This document shows positions 38,678-49,036 of a stretch of 64,000 bases of DNA, piece after piece. Position numbers and translations under genes: made by a program. Source of the DNA: Patescibacteria group bacterium (GTDB lineage: Bacteria > Patescibacteriota > Minisyncoccia > UBA6257 > 2-01-FULL-56-20); contig JBBUGM010000006.1 of NCBI GenBank assembly GCA_038077975.1, forward strand, positions 4,905 to 68,904, written 5' to 3'. Below the pieces are notes generated by a model. It was given only the letters and a program-made list of their open reading frames with translations, did not search any database and was not told where the DNA came from. Every line of letters begins with the position of its first letter. Within the stretch, counting starts at the first letter, position 1.

Positions 38678-38947
38678 TTGAAGACAGCTGATAAAGTTGA
38701 GCTTCTGGGAGCAGCATCTGGTGTCATCACAACCGCATCTTTCGTGCCGCAAGTAGTGAAAATCTGGTGGGCTTATCCCGCGCCGGCAAACGACATTTCT
38801 CTCTTGGCGTTCGCCGCGCTCACTTTCGGCGTCGCCGGCTGGATCGCCTATGGTGTGTTCAGGAGATCGCCTTCTTTGATAATCGCTAACTCGCTCACAT
38901 TTGTATTCGCCGGTTCGATCCTTGTCTACAAGCTCATTTGCGGCTAA
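38678..38947 (+). CDS. SemiSWEET/PQ-loop-like 3-TM transporter
   Basis: 89 aa, three TM helices, PQ motif FVPQVVKI in TM1; GAGGAGG RBS with TTG start. Confidence 0.5.
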   Translation: MKTADKVELLGAASGVITTASFVPQVVKIWWAYPAPANDISLLAFAALTFGVAGWIAYGVFRRSPSLIIANSLTFVFAGSILVYKLICG

Positions 38948-39050
38948 TCGATTCCTCGCCCCGCGCGATTTTCGCGCGGGGCTTTGTATTGTCTTATATC
39001 GTGCGATCGCAGCGTATAAGAATTTTCTGCGCGGGGCGGAGGATACTCGA

Positions 39051-40802
39051 TTATTTTTTGAGTATCTCTCTGAACGTTTCCGGCGGGATGTCAACGCGCG
39101 CCATTGATTGCAGTTTTTCCTTCCCCCTCGCCTGTTTTTTCCAAAGCTTCATTTTGCGCGTTCTGTCGCCGCCGGTTTTTCCGAAATTGCCCAAAAGTTT
39201 CTTCATGGCCGGAATCGTTTCGCGGGCAATGATGCGCCCGTGCGCTTGCGCTTGTATCGCCTGCGTAAATTGCTGTTTGGGCAAAAGCTCCTTGAGGCGT
39301 TCCACGGTTTGCCGCGCCTCGCGCTCAATGTCTTTTTCCGCAACTATGCGCGTTAGAGCCGGCACAACGTCGCCCACAACAAGAATTTCGAGTTTCGCCA
39401 CCTCCGCCTCTTCTTCGCCTGCAAGCTCGTAGCTGAATGATGCGTAACCTTGGGAAGCGGACTTCAACTTGTCATCAAAATCGCGGATAAGTTCCGCAAG
39501 CGGCATTTTTGCTTCGACAATGACGCTGTCGCCCATGGTTTGCACTTCGAGTATTTCAATATCAAAAACGTTCTTCAGCATCGCCACGGAATTCAAATAT
39601 TCCTTTGGCGCCAGAATTTCGAGCTTGATCATTGGCTGCCATGCTTTGTCCGGCTTGTCGGGAAAATCCTGCGGCTGTTTGATAACTTTTTTCGTGCCAC
39701 TCTCTTCGATTGTGTAGGCAATGGTGGGGAAACTGGTAAGGAATTCCAAGCTGAATTCTCTTTCGAGGCGGCTTGAGACGATCTCGAAATGAAGCTGTCC
39801 TAAAAATCCTACCTTTAGTCCACGCCCAAGGGCCTCGTTCGCTTCGGGCTCGATCGAAAGCGCCGGATCCGAAAGGCGCAAACGATCCAGGCCTTTCTTC
39901 AAATCCTCGAATTTGGTTTTGCCATCCGGATAATAAGAAATGAAGACGACCGGTGCCACCTCGCGATAGCCCGGAAGCGGAGTCGCTTCGCGGCCTGCTG
40001 GTCTTATTGTGTCACCAATACGGACAAGCGCCGGCTCTTTGAGCCCTGTTGCAACATAGCCGATCTCGCCGGAACGAACCGCTTCGGAACGCTTGAATTC
40101 GGGAGTAAAATATCCGACTTCTTTGGGATGAAACCTGGTTCCGCCGGAAGCAAATTGCATTTCACTTCCGCCGAAGTCGCCCGAAAAGACGCGCACGAAT
40201 GCGATGATACCCTTGTGATCATCGTAGAGTGAGTCGAAAATCAATGCCTTCTCGCCATCCGTAGCACGCGGTGCAGGGAATTTTTCGATGGTTGCATTGA
40301 GCAATTCCTCAACTCCGACGCCCGTCTTTGCCGAAATACGAAAAATCTCTTCGGCGGGAACTCCGAGAAGTTCGGCGGTTGCCTTCACTGTTTTTTCGAT
40401 GTTCGGTAAGTTGAGATCAATTTTGTTCACGGCGCCGATTATTTTTAGACCCGCCCTTCTCGCGGCTCGCAAATTGGAAAGCGTCTGCGCCTGAATTCCT
40501 TTCGTGGCATCAACAAGCAGGATCGCGCCCTCGACCGCCGCAAGAGCGCGTGAAACCTCGTAGGAGAAATCGCTGTGTCCCGGCGTGTCGATCAGATTCA
40601 GAATGTGACCCTTGTACGACATCCTTACCGGCGCCATCTTGATTGTGATTCCCCGTTCGCGCTCGAGCTCCATCTTATCCAAATACTGCGGCTTCATCTG
40701 CCGCTTATCCACCGTTCCTGTGATTTCCAAAAGCCGATCGGCGAGAGTCGATTTACCGGAATCGATGTGGGCAATAATACAGAAGTTGCAAATATTATTC
40801 AT
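39051..40802 (-). CDS. lepA: elongation factor 4
   Basis: G domain AHIDSGKSTLADRLL, DTPGHSDF, and LepA-specific C-terminal domain. Confidence 0.9.
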   Translation of the reverse strand: MNNICNFCIIAHIDSGKSTLADRLLEITGTVDKRQMKPQYLDKMELERERGITIKMAPVRMSYKGHILNLIDTPGHSDFSYEVSRALAAVEGAILLVDATKGIQAQTLSNLRAARRAGLKIIGAVNKIDLNLPNIEKTVKATAELLGVPAEEIFRISAKTGVGVEELLNATIEKFPAPRATDGEKALIFDSLYDDHKGIIAFVRVFSGDFGGSEMQFASGGTRFHPKEVGYFTPEFKRSEAVRSGEIGYVATGLKEPALVRIGDTIRPAGREATPLPGYREVAPVVFISYYPDGKTKFEDLKKGLDRLRLSDPALSIEPEANEALGRGLKVGFLGQLHFEIVSSRLEREFSLEFLTSFPTIAYTIEESGTKKVIKQPQDFPDKPDKAWQPMIKLEILAPKEYLNSVAMLKNVFDIEILEVQTMGDSVIVEAKMPLAELIRDFDDKLKSASQGYASFSYELAGEEEAEVAKLEILVVGDVVPALTRIVAEKDIEREARQTVERLKELLPKQQFTQAIQAQAHGRIIARETIPAMKKLLGNFGKTGGDRTRKMKLWKKQARGKEKLQSMARVDIPPETFREILKK

Positions 40803-40992
40803 AAATCAAAGCATAACCGCTTGTGCAGAAAAGAGAAAGGCGCAACGAGAAGCCCACCCGAAACGTTCCGGGAGATTTTGAAAAAGTAAGTATTATTATA
40901 TCGTACGATCGGAACATTTAATAAAAATGCCCCGAGCGAATTAGTGTAAATTTGTAGTTCCGATTGTTTTTCAGTATCCTTAAATTGCAATT

Positions 40993-41280
40993 ATGAAACT
41001 TATTTCCGTAATCGTTCTCGTGGGCATTCTGGTTCTTCTCGGCACCCAAATCTATTCTTTTTGGGGCCGCCGAAGCGAGCTTAAGGCCGAATTCGGGGAA
41101 TTGCAGGCAAAATTGGATCGCTCGCAGGCAGATAACGCAAAATTCCAGGCAGAACTCGACTATTATTTGAATCCCGCTAACTTAGAAAAAGAACTGCGCG
41201 CGCGCTTCAATTATAAAAGACCGGGAGAGAAGCTTTTAATCATAGTTCCTCGCAGCGAAACGACAACGGCAAGCAATTGA
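40993..41280 (+). CDS. FtsB/DivIC-like septum-formation protein (TM plus coiled coil)
   Basis: 95 aa, N-terminal TM then heptad-rich segment. Confidence 0.4.
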   Translation: MKLISVIVLVGILVLLGTQIYSFWGRRSELKAEFGELQAKLDRSQADNAKFQAELDYYLNPANLEKELRARFNYKRPGEKLLIIVPRSETTTASN

Positions 41281-41403
41281 CCTAATTAACCTAATTTCTA
41301 ATTGCCCTAATCAATATCCAAAAAACAAAGCGGTAAAATTTAGAAATTTATTCATTGGGATTTATTTAGGTCAATTAAGTTAATTAGAAATTAGACATTT
41401 ATA
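41281..41403. repeat. AT-rich inverted-repeat module of CTAATTTCTAATT / AATTAGAAATTAG units
   Basis: cctaattaacctaatttctaattgccctaatc on the left, ttaattagaaattagac on the right; same family as 9957-10052. Confidence 0.45.
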
Positions 41404-41979
41404 ATGATCCGTTATCGCATCTACATCATTTTCTCCATCATCATTGCTTTGGGCGTGAGCGCCATTTTTTTGGTCTCGCAGGGATATTATCCGGTCGCGC
41501 TTGTGGAAGGCGATTTTGTGAGCGCATATGAGTTCGCGCGCGAATACCGTGCCGCGACTATTTATTACCAAAACCTTTTGAAGACCTACGGTGCCGCCTT
41601 TGAAGAGAAAGAAAAGATCTCGTCCGCCGATCTGGAACTCGCGGTGATCAACAGTTTGATAGAAAATAATTTGATAGCGAAAGGCGCGCGCGCGGAAACG
41701 GGAGAGGACTTCGAATATTTGCTGGAAAACAAATTGAGCAAGTTCGTGGGCGATGCCGAGCTTGAGAAAGCCGCGCTTGCGCTCTACGGCCTCGAGGGCA
41801 ATGAATTCCGCGAAGACGTCCTCATTCCGCAGGCGGAACGGGAGATCTTGGCCGGGCGGCTTTTCTTGCGCGGAGAAAAGATCGAAGATTGGTTGGCAAG
41901 CACCAAGCAGGCGGCGCAGGTTATCATTTTTTCGCCGCAATTCGAATGGAACGGGGAGAGCGTCGTGACCCAACAGTAG
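41404..41979 (+). CDS. hypothetical membrane-anchored protein
   Basis: 191-aa ORF with N-terminal TM. Confidence 0.4.
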   Translation: MIRYRIYIIFSIIIALGVSAIFLVSQGYYPVALVEGDFVSAYEFAREYRAATIYYQNLLKTYGAAFEEKEKISSADLELAVINSLIENNLIAKGARAETGEDFEYLLENKLSKFVGDAELEKAALALYGLEGNEFREDVLIPQAEREILAGRLFLRGEKIEDWLASTKQAAQVIIFSPQFEWNGESVVTQQ

Positions 41980-42016
41980 AAAACCGCTCCGGGCATAGTG
42001 CCGGAGCGGATGTATT

Positions 42017-43096
42017 TTAGTCCCAAATCGCAGGATGGTCGTGTTTTCTTCTGCCGAATCTTGTCATCCATGCATTGTGTTCGAAGTTTATGAACTCACG
42101 GCCGCTGAACGAATATTCCGCTTCCACCATATCAATGACTTCAGGCATCTGGGGGAGAAAGAGATCGTCGTCGGGATTCAAGGAGCAGAGAACATGGCTT
42201 TGCAGAAGATCGCGTATCTTGAGGTAGCCCGTATTGGGGATCAGGCCAGAGGAATAATTCGATCCCGGACAAAGTTCAATGCCGATCCTATTTTCTACGA
42301 CATATTTGACGAGGTCATTATCATAAGCGAGAGGAATGGCGTGTCCGACGCGGTCGGCGCCAAGATTAAAGATGGCGGTACGGATGTTGCGCAAAAGAGA
42401 TGGCTTGTCGCGCTCGGCCAGTTGGCGGATGCGGCTTGCAAGCCCCGCTCGTTCCGATGAGTTGCTTCCTGCAGGATAATCCGTTGCCACCCATTCCCCG
42501 GCATGAATCGAAATTTTAAGTCCAAGTTTTTTAGCTAACCGGAACGCCACCATGTGTTTTTCCGGAGGATGACCGGCTTCGTCGCAGACAAGTCCTACGC
42601 CGACAACGTAATTCCGATCGCACTCAGATGCGAGACGGATCAACTCCTCGCTTCTTGCTAGATCAACTTCTCTGCCGATCGTAAAAAGCAGATTGACCTC
42701 AATTTGCGGAAATTCTGATTCGGCCCTTTTGATCCCCTCAATGAGCGCACCGATCACCTCTTTTTCTTTCATACCTCCGAACATATGATACTGCGGCGCA
42801 ATTGTTGCTTCGCAATAGAGGAATCCTTGTTCTGCGCGCGTTCTCGTATAAGCTTCTCCGGCAAGGGCCAAAGTTTCGCGCGATTGCATCACGCCTGTCG
42901 TGTTGGAAAATCTTTCGACAATGTCGAGCTGGACATTGTTGAAAAGCGTTTTCACCTGTTCACACTGCTCCGCAAAAGTTCCCTTGAAAGGATATGGTTT
43001 TTTGCTGATCCGGAAGAGTTCCGGGAGAACAGTCATAAGCGGATACGAGCCATCAAGGTGATCATGTAGGAGAACTCTGGGAATGGAATGTTTCAT
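42017..43096 (-). CDS. add: adenosine deaminase-family metallohydrolase
   Basis: LHDHLDGS and SIHAGEW motifs of the adenosine/AMP deaminase fold. Confidence 0.8.
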   Translation of the reverse strand: MKHSIPRVLLHDHLDGSYPLMTVLPELFRISKKPYPFKGTFAEQCEQVKTLFNNVQLDIVERFSNTTGVMQSRETLALAGEAYTRTRAEQGFLYCEATIAPQYHMFGGMKEKEVIGALIEGIKRAESEFPQIEVNLLFTIGREVDLARSEELIRLASECDRNYVVGVGLVCDEAGHPPEKHMVAFRLAKKLGLKISIHAGEWVATDYPAGSNSSERAGLASRIRQLAERDKPSLLRNIRTAIFNLGADRVGHAIPLAYDNDLVKYVVENRIGIELCPGSNYSSGLIPNTGYLKIRDLLQSHVLCSLNPDDDLFLPQMPEVIDMVEAEYSFSGREFINFEHNAWMTRFGRRKHDHPAIWD

Positions 43097-43221
43097 GTTG
43101 TGCTTCCTCGGTTTGTGAATTTATCCTATCGCAAGTTTAATTTTACGATGTTAATTTGTCAATTTCGCGCCTTCATCAACCTTTATGCCGTTTCTGGTCA
43201 TCGGACACGCTATAGAGTACA

Positions 43222-44778
43222 ATGAATCCTGGGTCAATTATCCACATGCTCAATTCTCAATCAAAAGTTAATGACAGGAAGATGCAAGTCGGAGAACTTG
43301 GGACTCCGGCCTTGTCAAAAGAAGAACGCCTCGCTATCGAGAAGTTTTTTTTGGCGAAAGGGCTTCCTCTCGACCGCGCGGTGACTTTTGCCGACGTTAC
43401 GCTTCCCGAGCGCTATTCCGACATCCGCACGCGCTCGGAGGTTTATGATTTTAAGACGGAACTTGTTCCGGGCTTTTCGCTTGCCATTCCGGTTGTGAGT
43501 GCGAACATGGAATCGGTAACGGGTCTTGAGTTATCCGTGGCGCTTGAGTGCGAAGGGGGATTGGCTTTCCCGCCGCAGACCCTGCCGGTCGGCGAGCGCG
43601 TGGAGCTTATCGAACGCATTGCGCGGGCAGATTCCGCTTTTATTGAAAATCCGCTTACGGCAAGGCCGGAGTGGACGCTTAACAAGGCAAAAGAATTGAT
43701 GGCGGAGTATGGCGTGAAGAGTTTGATAGTTACGGACGAGAAGAAGAAAGTAGTCGGCATCTTTACAAAAAGAGATTGGTTCTACGAGAACGACGACAAG
43801 ACATTGGTGGGCGATCTGATGACCAAAAAGGTAATAACGGCGGAGCGCGGCGTTAATTTCGAAAAAGCAGGCGAGATCTTGCGCAAAAATAAAATTGAAA
43901 AACTCCCGCTTGTGGGGAAGCAAGGAGGCCTCGCGGGGCTTATCACCGCTAACGGCCTTTTCTATAAATATCGGCATCCGCGGGCGACGCGTGACGATAT
44001 GGGAAGGTTCGTCCGTACGGGCTCGATCGGCGTCGGCAAATCTTTTAGCGATACGCACCTCAAAGAAGTCGAATCGCAAGTTAAGGCAGGCATATCATTG
44101 CTCTTAGTTGACACTGCAAGGGCGTTTTCGGTGAACACCGAAGAAGCTGTGAAGAGAATAAAAAAAGAATTTCCCGCGCTTCCGCTCGTTGTTGGCAATG
44201 TTTCTACCGCCGAAGGGGCAAAATTTTTATTCGAGACGGGTGCGGATATCGTGAAAGTCGGCCAGGGTCCCGGTTTTGCCTGCCGCACGCGCGCGATCGG
44301 AGTCGGCGTGCCGCAACTCTCCGCCGTTGCGGAATGCGCGGTTATTGCCTCGTGCTACGGTAAAACCGTCATTGCCGACGGAGGAATGAAAAGTCCGGGT
44401 GACGCGGCGAAGGCCTTAATCGCCGGAGCGCGGGCCGTGATGCTGGGCAATATGCTCGTGCGCGCGCAAGAATCCGCCGCGCCGATGTTCGTTGACGAAG
44501 ACGGCAGGCCGGTAAAAAATTATGTCGGTTCTGCGTCTTTCGCCGCGCAGATGGCGCGTCTCGAACGCGGCGATCTCTCGCATCTCCGCCGCCCGGAAGG
44601 CGTAACGAAAGTTGTTCCGGTCACAGGCACGGTGGAAGAGATTGTGAATGACCTAATGCGCGGCTTGAGTTCTACGATGGCTTACTTGGGAGTGCGCAAT
44701 CTCAAAGAACTTCGTGAGCACGGGAGATTTATTTCGCAAACTTCTGCAGGGTATGTGGAGGGCGTGAAGAAAGGATGA
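43222..44778 (+). CDS. IMP dehydrogenase/GMP reductase-family protein with CBS pair
   Basis: TIM-barrel motif VGQGPGFACRTR with catalytic Cys in place; CBS-like segments; atypical N-terminus. Confidence 0.65.
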   Translation: MNPGSIIHMLNSQSKVNDRKMQVGELGTPALSKEERLAIEKFFLAKGLPLDRAVTFADVTLPERYSDIRTRSEVYDFKTELVPGFSLAIPVVSANMESVTGLELSVALECEGGLAFPPQTLPVGERVELIERIARADSAFIENPLTARPEWTLNKAKELMAEYGVKSLIVTDEKKKVVGIFTKRDWFYENDDKTLVGDLMTKKVITAERGVNFEKAGEILRKNKIEKLPLVGKQGGLAGLITANGLFYKYRHPRATRDDMGRFVRTGSIGVGKSFSDTHLKEVESQVKAGISLLLVDTARAFSVNTEEAVKRIKKEFPALPLVVGNVSTAEGAKFLFETGADIVKVGQGPGFACRTRAIGVGVPQLSAVAECAVIASCYGKTVIADGGMKSPGDAAKALIAGARAVMLGNMLVRAQESAAPMFVDEDGRPVKNYVGSASFAAQMARLERGDLSHLRRPEGVTKVVPVTGTVEEIVNDLMRGLSSTMAYLGVRNLKELREHGRFISQTSAGYVEGVKKG

Positions 44779-44979
44779 CTTGTCATTGCGAGGCCGAAGC
44801 CGCCAGGCGAAGGCCGTGGCAATCCATAAATGCTAGAATGAAACACATGAGAGAAACTATTTCAACCAAAAAATCCGCCCAAAATATTCAAGACGAAATT
44901 TTCAGCAAGATGTCGCCTGGAAAAAAAATAAAATCAGCCGCAGAGCTTGCGGCGCTGTGCTTAAAACTTAACCGCCTCA

Positions 44980-45552
44980 ATGGAGCTAACCAGTCAGGAA
45001 AAAATTCTGATTGATGTAGCAAGAACGCTTGAAAAGCTACACCTCCCGTATTTTGTTACAGGTGGTTTTGCGGTTTCTCTCTGGGGTCGCCCTCGAGCCA
45101 CTTTTGACGTGGACATCGTGATTCAGCTTATGAACTCGGATATCAATCCACTTGCTAAGGCGCTAAAAGAAGTTTCTAAATTGGGTTACATAGACGAAGA
45201 CATGATGAAAGACGCTGTCAAATGGCACCGAGAATTTAATTTCATTGATCCGGAAAGCGGCATGAAGGTGGATTTTATGGTTAGTCCCAATGACGAGTTC
45301 TCCCGTTCAAGATTTAAACGGAAGAGCGCGAAAGAAATCGGTGGACAGCAAGTATATTTTACATCACCGGAGGACTTGATATTGAGCAAACTCTTATGGC
45401 AAAAGGAATCCGGCTCCGAATTGCAGCTTAGAGATGTGGAATCGATCATCAAAATTTCTGGTCGTAAGCTCGACAGGTCTTATTTGGAAGAATGGGCAAG
45501 AAAATTGGGCGTTTGGGATGTTTTGGACGGCATTTTAGAAGACGCGGCATAG
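44980..45552 (+). CDS. predicted nucleotidyltransferase-fold protein
   Basis: YFVTGGFAVSLWGRPRATFDVDIVI NTase-like core; preceded by a small overlapping ORF (about 44838-45014). Confidence 0.45.
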   Translation: MELTSQEKILIDVARTLEKLHLPYFVTGGFAVSLWGRPRATFDVDIVIQLMNSDINPLAKALKEVSKLGYIDEDMMKDAVKWHREFNFIDPESGMKVDFMVSPNDEFSRSRFKRKSAKEIGGQQVYFTSPEDLILSKLLWQKESGSELQLRDVESIIKISGRKLDRSYLEEWARKLGVWDVLDGILEDAA

Positions 45553-45660
45553 TTCTGGTTGCCGGCTTTTCCCCAATTCCGCGCCCTTGCGCGGTTCTTC
45601 TTTTTTTGCAATGATGAAGGCAGGAATTGAACTTGAAAATTCAAGAAGAGGAGGACTCGA

Positions 45661-48399
45661 ATGAGTCGAAACCCGAAAGAGCAAGACAGCAAGCGAGATC
45701 CGCAAGCAGAACAGGCAGAGAAAGAAAAACAGCAAGTGATGCGGTTTTCGAAAAAACTGCGTCCGTATCTCAAAAAGTCAGGCCGTATTCGCAACCAGCA
45801 AGTTGTGCAGGCGTCCAATGTCGAAAAGAACAAGGCCCGCGGTTTTCTGGCCAAACTTGTCGAACTGGGATACTTGATCAACGTTGCCGATTCAGAAGAC
45901 GGCTGTACATGGTATTTCTCGAACGAAGAAGGTTTTTACGAATCCGAAGAGCTCTACAAACTCATCCCCGAACAAGAGCGGAACAGAATTTTGGAACACA
46001 TCGATGATGAAGTCATCACGCTCGACAGTTTGGCCAATGCGTTGTATGGCAACCGAGCGCGTGGAGTGAACTTCTTGGAGACATTCCTTGATTATTATGT
46101 TGACCTGGGATTGATCCAGTTCAGCAACAAGGAAGACGGATATTTACTGACCGAGCGTGGCGCTGAACTTGGCGTTGATGCTCAGTCCGTGAGAACTCTC
46201 GAGGCCACCGCACTTGAAAACGATATTTTCGTTAAGAGCGAAGAAAACGCAGAGCTTCCCGCGTCTTTGAAGACAGTGGGAGAAGCTTTGAAACAGGATA
46301 TCGTGAACAAAACGGTTCCCGTTATCGACCTTACCAAAGAACTTGGCGGCAAGGACCTCAAAATCCTTTTTGTCGGCGAAGTTCTCTACGGCAGTCAGTA
46401 CACCGACCAAGAGCTTCTTGACTGGGTGCTTGACGCTACGGACAAACCCAACCTCATTATCACGAGCGGGCTTGTTCAAGGCAGGTTTGAGACCAAGAAC
46501 AAGGCGAAGACGAGGATGCTCGCGGAAACGGGCGGTCTCCACAGGATCGAAACCCAATTCCATTCGGCCGGCATGTTGCTCGATTGGTTCGAGAAGATCG
46601 CGACCAACAGGGTTTGTCTGATCCAGAGCGATGACGATTGGCGTCTCGCCGAAGATTATGCGACCTTGATGCATCTTGCCGAAGGCAAAAACCCCTGGAA
46701 GTTTGGCGTTGATTGGACCAGTTTTTCTGCCGAAATGAAGCGTCGCCTTGAAAACAAGGAATTGCGGCGCAAGATCCGCATTCAGTGGGAAATCATTCAA
46801 GCGTACATGGGACGCATTGGTCGTTCGCTTCTGAACAAAAAGGAAGTGAAAGCCAGAATTGGCATTCGCAAGAGCGAATATCGCCTGATCATCGAGACCA
46901 TGGTTGCGAAACGCAACAACTTCGATTACCCGAAGGAATACGAAAAAGTCGTGAACGTTGAAGCTCTCTATGGCAATATCGGTAAACGCATTGTCACTCC
47001 CGATACCTTGCGCCTCAAAGTCAGAGAGGGTAAGGAGATCAGAGTTACCCATAATGCCGGATTTTCGGACATCACTCAATATCAGGACACGATCCAACAC
47101 CTTGATGCGATCGCGAGACACCTCGGCCTTTCCAGACAGGAATTGCCCTGGGTGCTTGCCGATTTCCACCAAGAATCCCTTTTCGGCGAATACCTGATGG
47201 GAACCTGGATCATGAACCTGCCGGGCATGCAGAACACGATGCCTGCGGCCGCATACACGCTCAAAGAATGGAACGCGAAGATCCTTGAATCTAAGGAACG
47301 GAGACAAAGCCGGGTTCGCAAAGAACCTGCTTCGCCCGCTGCGACGGAAATTAATTTCTGCGCAGATGGCCGTATCCGTATCCGGCTGATGAATCGACAC
47401 GTGATGGAAGTTCTCGCTGCGCAAAAAGGTGAAAAGGAACGAAGAGAAGTTGGTGTCCTTGGAACCGATCTGCAGTTCGGCTCGATCACCAATTGGCCCG
47501 AACTTTCCGCCAAGTTTCTCGACTACGGCCTCTATGGTCGCAGGGCGACGAAACTCTGGCTGAACGGCGACATCATCCACGGCAACATTTACCCGCAGCA
47601 TACCGCGGAGAGCAGGCCGATGCGTTTGACCTCTCTGCACGCTCAAAAGAAATTCGCTTTTAACTTGCTTGCTCCGCTGATCCTTGACGCCCCGAACTTG
47701 AATGATTGCGCGGCTTGGCTTGGCAACCATGAATGGAACAACTTTGATGCCAAGCGTTCCGGCGACAGCCCTCTCACCTTTCTTGAGATCGGCCTCCAAG
47801 GCGTTCTCATGGAAAGGAAGCGCGTGGGTACCGAAACCCCGCTCGAGAGAGCCATGACCGTCAGCCGGATCCGCTGGCGCGATACGCACAATCCGCAGGG
47901 CGACATCATCAACTGGCCTTTCTTCGCCGACACGATTTGCGGCTTCAAGGTTGCCATTCAGCACATGTGGCAGCCGTTTGCCGGAAAGACGCCGGCCAAT
48001 GAAGGCAAAAAGTGGCTCAAGAACATGGCACGCGCGGCAAGAGGATTTGACCTTTTGCTTGGCGGCGACAAGCACTCTGTTTGGATGGCTGGACTTGGCG
48101 ACAAGTTCATCGTTCAGGCGGGTGCGGGTGCGAGCCAAAGCGGCTATGAACTTGCGCGCGGACTCATGTCCACGGTGATGTTCACACTTGTCGAATTTTC
48201 GAACCGCGACGGCATTACCGTTGAGTTCGTGCCCTGGGAATTTTTGCTGAACAACTATGAATTCCAATGCCCGGCCTACAAAGGCAGGGATGCGGAATTT
48301 GTTCGTCCGGCTCCGGGGACTAAGGCGTACAAACAAGGCAAGATGGCTCCGGCCATCGAAGAGATGATCGAAGACCTGACTGCCTATCCCGAAGTCTAA
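45661..48399 (+). CDS. large hypothetical protein: N-terminal wHTH-like region plus C-terminal degenerate metallophosphatase-like motifs
   Basis: GAGGAGG RBS; 912 aa; C-terminal half has DLQFG, GDIIHGN, GNHEW, GGDKH in calcineurin-like order. Antisense 730-aa ORF judged a shadow. Confidence 0.6.
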   Translation: MSRNPKEQDSKRDPQAEQAEKEKQQVMRFSKKLRPYLKKSGRIRNQQVVQASNVEKNKARGFLAKLVELGYLINVADSEDGCTWYFSNEEGFYESEELYKLIPEQERNRILEHIDDEVITLDSLANALYGNRARGVNFLETFLDYYVDLGLIQFSNKEDGYLLTERGAELGVDAQSVRTLEATALENDIFVKSEENAELPASLKTVGEALKQDIVNKTVPVIDLTKELGGKDLKILFVGEVLYGSQYTDQELLDWVLDATDKPNLIITSGLVQGRFETKNKAKTRMLAETGGLHRIETQFHSAGMLLDWFEKIATNRVCLIQSDDDWRLAEDYATLMHLAEGKNPWKFGVDWTSFSAEMKRRLENKELRRKIRIQWEIIQAYMGRIGRSLLNKKEVKARIGIRKSEYRLIIETMVAKRNNFDYPKEYEKVVNVEALYGNIGKRIVTPDTLRLKVREGKEIRVTHNAGFSDITQYQDTIQHLDAIARHLGLSRQELPWVLADFHQESLFGEYLMGTWIMNLPGMQNTMPAAAYTLKEWNAKILESKERRQSRVRKEPASPAATEINFCADGRIRIRLMNRHVMEVLAAQKGEKERREVGVLGTDLQFGSITNWPELSAKFLDYGLYGRRATKLWLNGDIIHGNIYPQHTAESRPMRLTSLHAQKKFAFNLLAPLILDAPNLNDCAAWLGNHEWNNFDAKRSGDSPLTFLEIGLQGVLMERKRVGTETPLERAMTVSRIRWRDTHNPQGDIINWPFFADTICGFKVAIQHMWQPFAGKTPANEGKKWLKNMARAARGFDLLLGGDKHSVWMAGLGDKFIVQAGAGASQSGYELARGLMSTVMFTLVEFSNRDGITVEFVPWEFLLNNYEFQCPAYKGRDAEFVRPAPGTKAYKQGKMAPAIEEMIEDLTAYPEV

Positions 48400-48405
48400 A
48401 AAATA

Positions 48406-48441
48406 TGGCCCCTGCGCAATGCGCCGGGGCCTTTTTGTTTC
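48406..48441. terminator. bidirectional intrinsic terminator
   Basis: ggcccctgcgcaatgcgccggggcc followed by tttttgtttcttttc, between convergent genes. Confidence 0.55.
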
Positions 48442-48446
48442 TTTTC

Positions 48447-48992
48447 TTAAAATGTTCCGTCTATCGCGGCGAGGATTCCTGTTCGATCACTTTGCATATA
48501 GAGCGGATTTTTGCGGTAAGGAAAGTGGCGGCGGAATTTCTTGTTGCGCACTTCAACCCAAAGGCGGAATTGCGAATCCCAGCGCGTGTTCCAATAAGGA
48601 CGTCCCAGTTCTCTGTTGAGCTTCACTCGGCGCTGCCTCATATTTTCGAAAGATTTGCTTCCCTTGCCTCTGTAATAGCGTTTGGCCTGACGCGTGTCCC
48701 AGTGGATTACATACGGTTTATCGGTGTTTTGCGCGCCATCGCCAACATGGTGGAAAGCGCAAAGCGTGATGCCGTTTTCCGGGGAATTCACGTCCCAGCC
48801 GCAGCCCTTATAGTGAGCATCGTAATATCCGCGCGGCGCGATGTGATGCACCTGAAGATGCGTTTTGTTGCGGCACCTCTCCCACTTCTTTGTTCCCGCG
48901 TTGTATGTCATAAAACAGCACTGATGTCCGTCGCGTTCAAGTATCCAGAGGCGTTGTGATTTGGTGAGGCCAGGAACTTTTTCTTTTGCCAC
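48447..48992 (-). CDS. HNH endonuclease
   Basis: RDGHQC...C...LQVHHIAP...NGITLCAFHH HNH/Zn-finger motif, 181 aa. Confidence 0.75.
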   Translation of the reverse strand: MAKEKVPGLTKSQRLWILERDGHQCCFMTYNAGTKKWERCRNKTHLQVHHIAPRGYYDAHYKGCGWDVNSPENGITLCAFHHVGDGAQNTDKPYVIHWDTRQAKRYYRGKGSKSFENMRQRRVKLNRELGRPYWNTRWDSQFRLWVEVRNKKFRRHFPYRKNPLYMQSDRTGILAAIDGTF

Positions 48993-49036
48993 AATGCACC
49001 GCCGATTTTGAAGGTCTGTGCTTATTATACCAGGCT

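Noticed and set aside
45553-45660. Duplicate of the guaB-like 3' end after the third NTase pair (by analogy with the other two cassettes)
   Set aside because: No similarity to 44700-44778 visible downstream of 45552; only a terminator hairpin is present.
46144-48336. 730-aa minus-strand ORF antisense to the 912-aa gene
   Set aside because: Arginine/alanine-rich shadow-ORF composition with no RBS. The plus-strand ORF has a strong GAGGAGG RBS, balanced composition and recognisable motifs.
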